Below are positions 1 through 8,774 of a stretch of 52,328 nt of DNA, in pieces. Source of the DNA: a bacterium (lineage in GTDB: Bacteria > Hydrothermota > 32-111). Location of the stretch: assembly GCA_050239825.1 (NCBI GenBank), contig JBFXGO010000003.1:21277-73604 (forward strand). The letters are read 5' to 3'. The translations under genes and the position numbers were made by a program. The notes under the pieces were generated by a model, which was not told where the DNA came from, made no database searches, and saw only the letters and a list, made by a program, of their open reading frames with translations. The stretch's first letter is position 1; each line of letters starts with the position of its first letter.

Positions 1-272
1 AAAGCACGGTTTTTTATTTTGGGAGCGGGATTCGAACTAAACGCGAAGCGTTTAGAAACCACAGGTTTCACCCAGAAGGGGTTCGTTGTTCATTCTGATG
101 AACCATGAAATCATCCCTGCTCCAAAGGAAAATATAGACCGTGCGAAAGCACGGTTTTTTATTTTGGGAGCGGGATTCGAACTAAACGCGAAGCGTTTAG
201 AAACCACAGGTTTCACCCAGAAGGGGTTCGTTGTTCATTCTGATGAACCATGAAATCATCCCTGCTCCAAAG
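1..272. repeat. Tandem ~145-bp structured repeat (about 2 units; begins before the window)
   Basis: 1-127 is repeated at 146-272 with one T-run difference. Units contain the hairpins GACCGTGC-GAAA-GCACGGTT and TAAACGC-GAA-GCGTTTA, and GGGATTCGAAC (antisense of a tRNA T-arm). Confidence 0.9.
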
Positions 273-416
273 TCAATTGGAAAAAGAGGAAGCTGGCAAA
301 CCCTCTGCGAGGGCTCGCCAGCCTATTTTCAACGCACATGTGACTTTTTTGTCTTTATTCTGCGAAGCAGAATGCCAGAAGCGGGCTTTTCCTCATTTTA
401 AATATGTAAAATTTGC

Positions 417-444
417 TTGACTTCATTATATTTATTAGTATAAT
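417..444 (+). promoter_or_regulatory. sigma70-type promoter of the HTH-mod operon
   Basis: TTGACT (417-422), 16-bp spacer, TATAAT (439-444), upstream of ATG 486. Confidence 0.6.
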
Positions 445-485
445 AATGTAAATGATATTTGTCATCAACATAATGATATCAAAAT

Positions 486-698
486 ATGGAAAATAGTCAA
501 TGGAATAAGTTAGGTAAAAAGATCAAAGGTTTGCGGATGCAGCTCGAGCTTTCGCAAGACGAATTTGCAAGAAAAGCAGATATTCCTTATACAACATTAA
601 CTAAAATCGAAACGGGTGTAATAAAAAAGCCATCAGTATTTGTCGTGGCTAAAATTGCCAAAGGTCTCAATATCAGCATTGACGAGTTAATAAAATAA
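486..698 (+). CDS. XRE-family HTH regulator, likely controller (C) protein of the R-M operon
   Basis: 70 aa with the HTH_3 pattern IKGLRMQLELSQDEFARKADIPYTTLTKIETG; directly upstream of mod. Confidence 0.8.
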   Translation: MENSQWNKLGKKIKGLRMQLELSQDEFARKADIPYTTLTKIETGVIKKPSVFVVAKIAKGLNISIDELIK

Positions 699-711
699 AT
701 AGGTTTTCAAT

Positions 712-3700
712 ATGACTAAAGAACAAAAATTTTATAAAGCCCTGCAAGATGTATTTATCGGCGCCAAAATTGAAGGAAAAGGTGGCTTTGTTAATTTGAT
801 GAGAATAAAATCAAATTACTACTGCAAAATTGAAGATATTCTCAAAAAAGATATTGAGGCGGCTTTAAAGAGCCACCCTAAATTTAGAGATGAACTTTTT
901 GACAAACTCTATTCCTTTTTTAACCGCTATTTTACGGAAAGCGGATCAATCTATTTCAATTCAACACCATTTCATAACAATATCTACGAAAAGGTTTATA
1001 CTGATGAAAAGGATGTCATTCTCTTCTGGAAAACACAAATGCTCTACTATGTCAAAACTGACCGGATTTTCAGAAGTTTGCCGGTTGAGTTCCCTTCTGA
1101 TAGAGGGGTGGACGCCAAAGGCGGACAGGGTGTTTTTAAGTTTTACTTTGATGTTTCAAAAATAGAAGGCAAAAAAGCAAATGAAAAACGATCTTTGATT
1201 TTTGAGTTAAATAAAATCCATGAAGACGGCACAATTGTTCTTGACGTTCAATACTCCGAAAAAGGTACAAAAACAAAACAAGACGAGATACTAAAAGCTA
1301 TCAAGAAAAAAGACATTGCTATTACTGAAGAACAATTAGAACGCGCCTTTAGAGTTTTTGAAAAGCAAAGTGAAGTTGATTTCTTTATCAATAAAAACGC
1401 TAAAGCATTCTTGCAGGAGCAATTTAAACTCTGGAGCTATCAGTATTTTTGGGAAGGAGCAGGAACACCCCTGACCCCTCTACAAGAGGGGAATGCGTGG
1501 AGTGCTGATAGAGTCAATCAACTGCAAATACTTAAAGATATTGCTTTCAAGATTATTGATTTTATTAGTCAGTTTGAAGATGAGCTGGTAAAACTCTGGA
1601 ACAAGCCGAAGTTTGTCAAAAACTCAAATTATGTAATTACGCTGGATAGAATTATGAACACCCTGCCTGCTATCGCAGACACCCCTCTAGAAGAGGGGAA
1701 TAATTCCCCTTCTTTGAAGGGGTGGCAGACGAAGCCTGACGGGGTAGTCTTGATTACAAAGATACTCAATCATCCTAATATAAATGAACAAATAAAAGAA
1801 TGGCAGGAGCTTGGAATAGTAGATGAAAACTTTAAAGTAACTGATGTTTTTGAAAATTCCCCTTCTTTGAAGGGGTGGCAGGCGAAGCCTGACGGGGTAG
1901 TTAAATGGAATGAATTACCATTCGATACAAAACTTAAAGAAAGAGCAAAAGAATTACGAAAAGCAGGGAATCTATCCGAGGTTTTATTTTGGAATCAGGT
2001 TAAAAACAAACAATTTTTAGGTCTTGATTTTGACAGACAGAAAATTATTGGAAATTATATTGTTGATTTTTACTGTAAAAATTTAGGAGTTGTTGTTGAG
2101 ATTGATGGAGTAAGTCATGATGGTAAGGTAGAACGTGATAAGCAAAGAGATGACTATTTTAAAAATCTTGGGTTGAAAGTTATCCATATACTTGATACTG
2201 ATGTAAAGAATAATTTGTCAGGAGTAATGGAGTTTCTGGAACGGGAATTTAAACACCCCGTCCCTTTGGGACACCCCTCTACAAGAGGGGAATTTAACCC
2301 CGTCCTTTCGGGACACCCCTCTATAAGAGGGGAATTTAAGCACCTGCCCATTGATACCAAGTATTTCAAAGATTTAGAGCTTGAAATTTTGAGTCAGTTT
2401 GACGATTTAGATAAATCTTTAGACGGTTGGCTGATAAAGAGCGAAAACTATCAGGCATTAAATACAATTCTGCCGAAATTCAAAGAAAAAGTACAGACAA
2501 TCTACATTGACCCGCCGTTTAATTTAGATTCTTCCGACCAGTTTTTATACCGCACAAATTACAAAGATGCTAACTGGGCAACATTACTTGAAAACCGCCT
2601 GAAACTTGCCAAAGATTGGCTGAATAAAAAGGGAAGTATTTTTGTGAGATGTGATTACAACGGGAATTGGATTGTGAGATGCTTGATGGATGAAATTTTA
2701 CCAACTGAAAATAAGAGAGAAATAATTTTAAGGAAAGCAAATAGTCAAGGAGCATTGGGTAATTTTAATCCTGCGAATGAATCACTTTTTTTCTATCAAA
2801 AAGATGAAAGTTTATATTATTTTAAACCAATATTTAAGACGAGAAATAGAGAAATTAGGTGGGTAAATGCAGTTTCCCCAAAAGAAAATAAAGATGCAAA
2901 TAAAATTGTAATTAATGGTAAAGAATATATTGCTCCAAAAGGTAACCATTGGCGTTTTTCACAAGAGAAATTTAATAAATTACTATCAGAAAACCGAATT
3001 AGAATTAGTCCTGATACCGGCTTACCGCAGTATTTAGAATCCGAAGAAGTACCACTTGATACAAACTGGACAGATATGCAAGGATATTCTTTTAGTCATG
3101 GCTTTTCAACCGAAAACGCTGAAGTAATTTTACAAAGGGTTATTGACTGTTCTTCAGAAAAAAATTTTATTATTTTTGACTTCTTCCTCGGCTCTGGCAC
3201 AACAACAGCAGTAGCACATAAACTTGGCAGAAAATGGATTGGGGTAGAAATGGGTGAGCATTTTTATACTGTAGTTTTACCAAGAATGAAAAAAGTTTTG
3301 GCTTATGATAAATCAGGAATTTCAAAAGAATTGAAAACACCCCGTCAGACTTCGTCTGACACCCCTCTAAAAGAGGGGAATTATGAAGGCGGCGGGTTTT
3401 TCAAATATTACGAACTTGAGCAATACGAGGAAGCACTGGCTAATTGCAAATATGAAGAAAGCGATTTATTTAATTCGCCTTCAAAAACTCCGTATCAGGA
3501 ATATGTCTTTATGAAAGACGAAAAAATGCTCAAAGCGTTGGAAATTGATTATGAAAATAACAAAGTTAAAGTTGATTTAACAAAACTTTACCTTAACACC
3601 CCGTCATCTAACGATGCCACCCCTCTTAAAGAGGGGAATATAGACATTGCCGAAACATTGTCTAATTTAACAGGTAAATGGATAAAGAAAATAACACCCC

Positions 3701-3810
3701 TACCCCCTCTACAAGAGGGGAATTATGAGGTGGAATTTGAAGATGGAACTAAAATTAATACAAAAAATTTAGATTATAAATTAATAAAACCATTAATTTG
3801 GTGGGAGTAA
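712..3810 (+). CDS. mod: Type III R-M DNA methyltransferase (Mod, beta class) with in-frame DUF559 domain and 10 hairpin-repeat insertions
   Basis: Catalytic motif IYIDPPFN precedes SAM-binding FDFFLGSGTT; AHKLGRKWIGVEMG; co-oriented with a Res-type gene. Confidence 0.85.
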   Translation: MTKEQKFYKALQDVFIGAKIEGKGGFVNLMRIKSNYYCKIEDILKKDIEAALKSHPKFRDELFDKLYSFFNRYFTESGSIYFNSTPFHNNIYEKVYTDEKDVILFWKTQMLYYVKTDRIFRSLPVEFPSDRGVDAKGGQGVFKFYFDVSKIEGKKANEKRSLIFELNKIHEDGTIVLDVQYSEKGTKTKQDEILKAIKKKDIAITEEQLERAFRVFEKQSEVDFFINKNAKAFLQEQFKLWSYQYFWEGAGTPLTPLQEGNAWSADRVNQLQILKDIAFKIIDFISQFEDELVKLWNKPKFVKNSNYVITLDRIMNTLPAIADTPLEEGNNSPSLKGWQTKPDGVVLITKILNHPNINEQIKEWQELGIVDENFKVTDVFENSPSLKGWQAKPDGVVKWNELPFDTKLKERAKELRKAGNLSEVLFWNQVKNKQFLGLDFDRQKIIGNYIVDFYCKNLGVVVEIDGVSHDGKVERDKQRDDYFKNLGLKVIHILDTDVKNNLSGVMEFLEREFKHPVPLGHPSTRGEFNPVLSGHPSIRGEFKHLPIDTKYFKDLELEILSQFDDLDKSLDGWLIKSENYQALNTILPKFKEKVQTIYIDPPFNLDSSDQFLYRTNYKDANWATLLENRLKLAKDWLNKKGSIFVRCDYNGNWIVRCLMDEILPTENKREIILRKANSQGALGNFNPANESLFFYQKDESLYYFKPIFKTRNREIRWVNAVSPKENKDANKIVINGKEYIAPKGNHWRFSQEKFNKLLSENRIRISPDTGLPQYLESEEVPLDTNWTDMQGYSFSHGFSTENAEVILQRVIDCSSEKNFIIFDFFLGSGTTTAVAHKLGRKWIGVEMGEHFYTVVLPRMKKVLAYDKSGISKELKTPRQTSSDTPLKEGNYEGGGFFKYYELEQYEEALANCKYEESDLFNSPSKTPYQEYVFMKDEKMLKALEIDYENNKVKVDLTKLYLNTPSSNDATPLKEGNIDIAETLSNLTGKWIKKITPLPPLQEGNYEVEFEDGTKINTKNLDYKLIKPLIWWE
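1088..1134 (-). repeat. In-frame double-hairpin element, reverse orientation (peptide FPSDRGVDAKGGQGV)
   Basis: Reverse complement AACACCCTGTCCGCCTTTGGCGTCCACCCCTCTATCAGAAGGGAACT fits the consensus AACACCCC-hairpin-CACCCCTCTnnnAGAGGGGAATT. Confidence 0.8.
1464..1494 (+). repeat. In-frame hairpin element, short form (TPLTPLQEGN)
   Basis: AACACCCCTGACCCCTCTACAAGAGGGGAAT. Confidence 0.85.
1657..1748. repeat. Two tail-to-tail in-frame hairpin elements (1657-1701 +, 1702-1748 -)
   Basis: AACACCCTGCCTGCTATCGCAGACACCCCTCTAGAAGAGGGGAAT followed by AATTCCCCTTCTTTGAAGGGGTGGCAGACGAAGCCTGACGGGGTAGT. Confidence 0.85.
1855..2336 (+). mobile_element. Putative autonomous element: DUF559/Vsr-like endonuclease domain flanked by inverted hairpin repeats, in frame within mod
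   Basis: 1903-2251 encodes LKERAKELRK...SEVLFW...RQKIIGNYIVDFYC...VVEIDGVSH...DKQRDDYF...GLKVIHI (DUF559 pattern). Left repeat 1855-1902 is reverse; right repeats 2252-2294 and 2296-2336 are forward. Confidence 0.7.
3336..3382 (+). repeat. In-frame double-hairpin element (TPRQTSSDTPLKEGN)
   Basis: AACACCCCGTCAGACTTCGTCTGACACCCCTCTAAAAGAGGGGAATT. Confidence 0.9.
3595..3639 (+). repeat. In-frame double-hairpin element (NTPSSNDATPLKEGN)
   Basis: AACACCCCGTCATCTAACGATGCCACCCCTCTTAAAGAGGGGAAT; absent from the duplicated mod tail at ~7280. Confidence 0.9.
3693..3724 (+). repeat. In-frame hairpin element, short form (TPLPPLQEGN)
   Basis: AACACCCCTACCCCCTCTACAAGAGGGGAATT; identical copy at 7341-7372. 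Confidence 0.9.
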
Positions 3811-3820
3811 AGATAAATTT

Positions 3821-5167
3821 ATGAGAAAAAATTATATGAATAATAAGATTGATTTTACAAAATCAAATATTTTGTTCATCTCAAATGAACAAATTGACAT
3901 TGAAGCTGAAGAATTCAAAAAGAATGGTGAATTTAATAAACAGAAAATTAGAGAAAAAGTCGAGCCGTGGCTAACAGCTGTATTTCAAAGTGAACATCTT
4001 TCTTTACTTATAGGTAGTGGATTGTCAATTGCCTTGTCTGGAAATAGCTCAATGATGAAAAGAATAGAATTTAGTGGAAATTACAAAGATAAAATCAAGC
4101 AAAAAGCAGAAGATGAAGCTAAAAAGATGGAGAGAGGTGTAGCCAATTTCGAAGATGATTTGAGGATTGCCATTGAACTTTTAAAAGGGTATGAAATTAT
4201 TGGGAATAATGATGAAGAAAAAAAATTGAAAATTGAAATTAACGAAGAGATAATAAAATTATTAAAGTCGATATTAGAAAATGAAAAAAAATTTTTAAAT
4301 ACTGATTCTAATAAAAGTCAAAACAATGAAAATGATAATCAAACAAACAATGATAGGGATCTTTTAAGATTACTTGAAAATTTTTTACTTAGTTTTTCTA
4401 CAAGAACTGCCACCAGAGATAGGTTAAATATTTTCACTACAAACTATGATAGATTTATAGAGTTGGGTTTAGACGAGGCTGGCATTCTTACTTTAGATAG
4501 ATTCATTGGAAAACTCAAGCCCATTATGCGCTTTCATCAAATTGAACTTGACTATCATTATAATCCCCCGGGAATCAGAGGAGAACCAAGGTATGTGGAA
4601 GGCGTTGTTCGATACACTAAATTACATGGTTCTGTTGATTGGCAATTTAAAGATGGGCAGATTATTAAAATTCCCCTGCCATTTGGTGCTGATGTTAATA
4701 ATGATTTCTTTAACGACCCTTACAATAAAGTAGTTATTTATCCAAACTCGGGCAAAGCCATAGAGACGGCATTTTTCCCATATTCAGAGCTTTTTCGTGA
4801 TTTTTCAACTGCTATCTGCCGAACAAATTCTGTTCTGGTTACCTATGGCTACGGTTTTGGTGATTCTCACATCAATAGAATTATAAAAGATATGCTAACC
4901 ATACCTTCAACACATCTTGTTATTATTTCTTATGATTCGGCTCAGGACAGAATTTCTAAATTTATTGAAAAATGCAATGAATCCCAGCTAACTTTGCTTA
5001 TTGGAAAAGAATTAGGGAACTTTGAAAACTTAGCAAATTATTATTTACCCAAACCAGCCATTGATAGAATTACCGACAGACAGGCACGGTTATTAGAAAA
5101 ACGAAAAGTTGTGTCACAAAAAGATTCACAAGATAAAGATTCTAAAAATGAAGAAGACAATGAATAA
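3821..5167 (+). CDS. SIR2-like NADase of a Sir2-HerA antiphage system
   Basis: SLLIGSGLS, IFTTNYD, KLHGSVDW and GYGFGDSHIN motifs; its stop overlaps the herA start. Confidence 0.85.
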   Translation: MRKNYMNNKIDFTKSNILFISNEQIDIEAEEFKKNGEFNKQKIREKVEPWLTAVFQSEHLSLLIGSGLSIALSGNSSMMKRIEFSGNYKDKIKQKAEDEAKKMERGVANFEDDLRIAIELLKGYEIIGNNDEEKKLKIEINEEIIKLLKSILENEKKFLNTDSNKSQNNENDNQTNNDRDLLRLLENFLLSFSTRTATRDRLNIFTTNYDRFIELGLDEAGILTLDRFIGKLKPIMRFHQIELDYHYNPPGIRGEPRYVEGVVRYTKLHGSVDWQFKDGQIIKIPLPFGADVNNDFFNDPYNKVVIYPNSGKAIETAFFPYSELFRDFSTAICRTNSVLVTYGYGFGDSHINRIIKDMLTIPSTHLVIISYDSAQDRISKFIEKCNESQLTLLIGKELGNFENLANYYLPKPAIDRITDRQARLLEKRKVVSQKDSQDKDSKNEEDNE

Positions 5168-7262
5168 GAATTTTGATAACATAAGACATAGATCAATAGG
5201 TACTGTTGAATTTGTCTCTCCAAAAGAGGTTAAAGTACTTCTCGAAACCGATGCTCCATTAAGTACCTCACTTAATACAGGAGCCCCACAACAGTTTCCA
5301 CGAATCAATGGCATTTTACTTATCCCAAATGAATCCGGAGCTTTAATAGGTATAATAACATGGATAGGTATCGAATATTCACCATATCCTAAGCGTAAGG
5401 GGTACAAGGACTTTGATTTGATTGATTTGCCTTTTCCATTGAGAAAACTTTCTCTTTCCCCTTTAGGTACATTAAAAGAAAAAGAAAATGGCTACGAAAT
5501 AGAGCGAGGGGTTTATAGTTATCCATCAGTGGGTGATATTGTCATAATTCCAAGTGAGGAACAATTAAAAGCCATAGTTCAAAACAAAGACGAAAACGCA
5601 CGAATTAAAATTGGTCTCTCACCACTGGCAGCAAATGCTTCTATATTTGTGGATCCGGATAAATTATTTGGCCGGCATCTGGCAGTACTCGGAAATACCG
5701 GAAGTGGAAAATCATGCTCAGTAGCGGGTCTTATCAGGTGGTCTATTGAATCCGCTAAAAGTAAAATTGATGAAGATGCTAAAGGGCAAAATCAAGATAC
5801 TGAAAAGCAAAATTATAAAAGCGTAAATGCGCGATTTATTATTTTTGATCCAAATGGTGAATATGGAACCTGTTTTGAAGGTCTTGGAAATGTAAAAAAA
5901 TATGAAGTAAAAATCAAAGACGGTGGCGCTGATCAACTACTAAAAGCACCTTCCTGGATGTGGAATAGCTGGGAATGGGCTTCTATTGCTCAAGCAAGTG
6001 CAAAAACACAAAGACCTATACTACGAAGAGCATTGAGAGAAATTAAGAATGCTGATATCAAAAAAGATGATGATACTTATATCCAATTTAGAAATTATCT
6101 TGTGAGTTTGAAAATAAGTTTGCTTAATCGTCAAAAAAATGGAGCAAAACTTTCGGAATTTCCTGATAAGCAAAATTATGGTGAATTCTTAGAAGGCACC
6201 AAAAGATCTTTAAATACATTTGATAACATAGAAAATCAAGATTATAAGGACATTAAACAAAATTTAATTGATAAGTTAGACGAAATATTAAAAGAACATC
6301 CGAAAAATGATAAGGGATATTACCCTGCATTTTCATTAAATGAAGTAAATCCATTATTAGAGATTTTAAATGCTACTGAAAGTTCTATAGGTAAATTAAA
6401 TCCCTACGAAGGTCCAGATGAAGATTCCCCAGTATTTTTTAAAAATGAAGAATTTTTAGCTCATATAGAAAGATTATCCCAAGAAGCCAATCAACAACAA
6501 TATCTTGATTTCTTTTTAATGAGAGTTAGAAGTTTATTTACTGACAAAAGAATTTCCTCAGTGATAAATACAGAAACCGAAGAGGAAATAACACTTGGAA
6601 ATTGGCTAAATGAATATATTGGTGACAATAGCAATAATCCATCTATTAGCATAATTGATTTATCACTTTTACCATCAGAAATACTTTATTTAATCGTCTC
6701 TGTTATGGCTCGTATTATTTTTGAAGCGCATCATCGTTATAAAAAGCATACAGGACAAACCCTCCCAACAGTTTTAGTAGTAGATGAAGCACATAATTTA
6801 ATTAAACACTACGAAATAGAAGATGATAATATTTCTGCACAGCGGTTATGCACTCAAATATTTGAAAAAATAGCAAAAGAAGGAAGGAAATTTGGAGTAG
6901 GTTTGGTTTTAGCTTCCCAGCGACCGTCTGAACTTTCACAAACAGTATTGTCTCAATGTAATACCTTTTTATTGCATAGGATTGTAAGTGATCGCGACCA
7001 GGAAATGGTAAAAAAATTAGTCCCCGATACAATGGGAAGTATCCTAAATGAATTATCTGTATTGCCTTCGCGCAAAGCAATTTTATTAGGCTGGTCAACA
7101 CCTATTCCCGTGCTTGTAGAAATGAGCGAATTACCTGAAGCCCAAAGACCAAAATCCAAAGATCCTGAATTTTGGGATGTATGGACGAACAAAGAAACAA
7201 GGAAAATAAATTGGAAAGAAATTGCTAATGAATGGCAACAAAAAAAAGACGAAAATAATTAG
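5160..7262 (+). CDS. herA: HerA/FtsK-family ATPase (Sir2-HerA partner)
   Basis: HLAVLGNTGSGKS (Walker A), FDPNGEY, VVDEAH (Walker B), AKEGRKFGVGLVLASQRPSELS. Start placed at ATG 5160, overlapping the SIR2 stop. Confidence 0.88.
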   Translation: MNKNFDNIRHRSIGTVEFVSPKEVKVLLETDAPLSTSLNTGAPQQFPRINGILLIPNESGALIGIITWIGIEYSPYPKRKGYKDFDLIDLPFPLRKLSLSPLGTLKEKENGYEIERGVYSYPSVGDIVIIPSEEQLKAIVQNKDENARIKIGLSPLAANASIFVDPDKLFGRHLAVLGNTGSGKSCSVAGLIRWSIESAKSKIDEDAKGQNQDTEKQNYKSVNARFIIFDPNGEYGTCFEGLGNVKKYEVKIKDGGADQLLKAPSWMWNSWEWASIAQASAKTQRPILRRALREIKNADIKKDDDTYIQFRNYLVSLKISLLNRQKNGAKLSEFPDKQNYGEFLEGTKRSLNTFDNIENQDYKDIKQNLIDKLDEILKEHPKNDKGYYPAFSLNEVNPLLEILNATESSIGKLNPYEGPDEDSPVFFKNEEFLAHIERLSQEANQQQYLDFFLMRVRSLFTDKRISSVINTETEEEITLGNWLNEYIGDNSNNPSISIIDLSLLPSEILYLIVSVMARIIFEAHHRYKKHTGQTLPTVLVVDEAHNLIKHYEIEDDNISAQRLCTQIFEKIAKEGRKFGVGLVLASQRPSELSQTVLSQCNTFLLHRIVSDRDQEMVKKLVPDTMGSILNELSVLPSRKAILLGWSTPIPVLVEMSELPEAQRPKSKDPEFWDVWTNKETRKINWKEIANEWQQKKDENN

Positions 7263-7274
7263 TAACGTGAGCGA

Positions 7275-7470
7275 GCTTTACCCAAGCATAGACATTGCCG
7301 AAACCTTGTCTAACTTAACCGGCAAATGGATAAAGAAAATAACACCCCTACCCCCTCTACAAGAGGGGAATTATGAGGTGGAATTTGAAGACGGAACTAA
7401 AATTAATACAAAAAATTTAGATTATAAATTAATAAAACCATTAGTTTGGTGGGAAAGGTCGAATAAATAA
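7275..7470 (+). pseudogene. Duplicated 3' end of mod (second allele fragment)
   Basis: 7288-7454 matches 3640-3806 with 6 mismatches in 167 bp; encodes LYPSIDIAETLSNLTGKW...KPLVWWE. Confidence 0.9.
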
Positions 7471-7493
7471 AATTTAATTTAGGAGGATTAACT

Positions 7494-7916
7494 ATGAAAA
7501 AAAGAATATTTATAAGTTTCGATTATGAACATGACAAAAATTACAGATATTTGCTAACTGCTTTAGCTAAAAACCCGCGATCTGATGTTGAGTTTACTGA
7601 TGTGACGCCGGAAGAAATTCAAAGTTATGATGTTAGCCGGATTAAGGCTGTTTTGACGAAGAAAATAAAAGAAGCCACGCACACATTAGTAATTGTTGGG
7701 AAATATGCAAATAGTTATCATCCGGATAGGGATGAAATTGGCGAACGTAACTGGCAATGGTGGGAAATCAATAAGAGTGATGAGGAAGGGAAAGGATTTA
7801 TTGCTGTAAAAATAGAATCGTCTAACGAACCCCCAGAACCCTTATATGGGAAAGGCGCAACTTGGGCTAATAGCTTTACCGTTGACGCGATTGTAAATGC
7901 AATTGACAGAGCTTAA
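7494..7916 (+). CDS. Stand-alone TIR-domain protein (ThsB/MTH538-like)
   Basis: KRIFISFDYEHD at the N-terminus, TLVIVGK, and NWQWWEI with the putative catalytic Glu; RBS AGGAGG upstream. Confidence 0.8.
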   Translation: MKKRIFISFDYEHDKNYRYLLTALAKNPRSDVEFTDVTPEEIQSYDVSRIKAVLTKKIKEATHTLVIVGKYANSYHPDRDEIGERNWQWWEINKSDEEGKGFIAVKIESSNEPPEPLYGKGATWANSFTVDAIVNAIDRA

Positions 7917-7918
7917 TT

Positions 7919-8569
7919 ATGTCAATAGACGATAATACAAAACTTGAGGTTTTACACGATCACTACAAAGAAAGTTTTTTGCATATTCGCGAACGAGAAA
8001 AACAGCGCGACCGGCTGTTTATGTTTGTAATTGCTCTAATTGGTGCTTTATTTCTTGAAATACAATATTCCGATGTTTTTTCGAATATCTTGGGGAATAT
8101 TAAATTAGAATTCGTAGAGTTGGATATAAGCATAATGCCCATTTCAATCTTCCTAAGCGTAACTTGGACTTATCTATTTGTTATTGTATTAAAGTATTGT
8201 CAATCCTCGATTCTTATTGAAAGGCAATATGACTATCTGCATTGTTTGGAGGATCAAATATCCAAACTTTTTGACGACCAGAATATTTATTGTCGAGAAG
8301 GCAAAGCTTACCTTAATAAATATCCTCTTTTTTCTGATTTAGTTTGGATTTTTTATATACTTTTATTTCCAACTATAGTAATACTTTCGGTTGGGCTAAT
8401 TATTTATCTCGAAGGGTATAAAATTGAAGCACCATTATATCATTTAATTTATGATTCAATTTTAACAATAGGGATAAGCATATCATTTATATTGTATAGG
8501 TTTCATCCTTTAGTGAAGAATATACTATTGAAAATCAAAAATAAAATAGTGAAAAATCGAAATGTCTAA
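7919..8569 (+). CDS. Uncharacterised ~4-TM membrane protein, candidate TIR-linked effector
   Basis: Four hydrophobic segments separated by a charged loop; starts 2 bp after the TIR stop and overlaps the res start. Confidence 0.7.
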   Translation: MSIDDNTKLEVLHDHYKESFLHIREREKQRDRLFMFVIALIGALFLEIQYSDVFSNILGNIKLEFVELDISIMPISIFLSVTWTYLFVIVLKYCQSSILIERQYDYLHCLEDQISKLFDDQNIYCREGKAYLNKYPLFSDLVWIFYILLFPTIVILSVGLIIYLEGYKIEAPLYHLIYDSILTIGISISFILYRFHPLVKNILLKIKNKIVKNRNV

Positions 8570-8732
8570 ATTATATTTACAAGACATCGTAAAAGACATT
8601 TCTTTGGAAAACTTGCCGGCGAAGTGGCAAGGGTTTGATTTTGAGCAGTTTTCAAAAGACAAAACACTCTTTGACTTTCAGCAGGATGCGCTTAAAAATG
8701 CTTTGCGTGGACTATGGCTTTATTTCAAAGGA

Positions 8733-8774
8733 AACACCCCGTCCCTTCGGGACACCCCTCTACAAGATGGGAAT
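8733..8774 (+). repeat. In-frame double-hairpin element in res (NTPSLRDTPLQDGN)
   Basis: AACACCCCGTCCCTTCGGGACACCCCTCTACAAGATGGGAAT. Confidence 0.85.

Noticed and set aside
1..272. CRISPR array (also considered for 51934-52328 and 38338-38565)
   Set aside because: Repeated segments are 65-145 bp, too long for CRISPR repeats; the tandem units lack unique spacers; there are no cas genes in the window.
1855..2336. Intein or self-splicing intron in mod
   Set aside because: No intein splice motifs (N-terminal C/S block, C-terminal HN followed by C/S/T), and too short and unstructured for a group I/II intron core.
5109..5159. Longer herA start given by the ORF track
   Set aside because: It overlaps SIR2 by ~60 bp from a non-ATG codon; ATG 5160 gives typical translational coupling.
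7222..7470. Independent 82-aa gene
   Set aside because: No ATG start or RBS; it is the duplicated mod tail read through from herA sequence.
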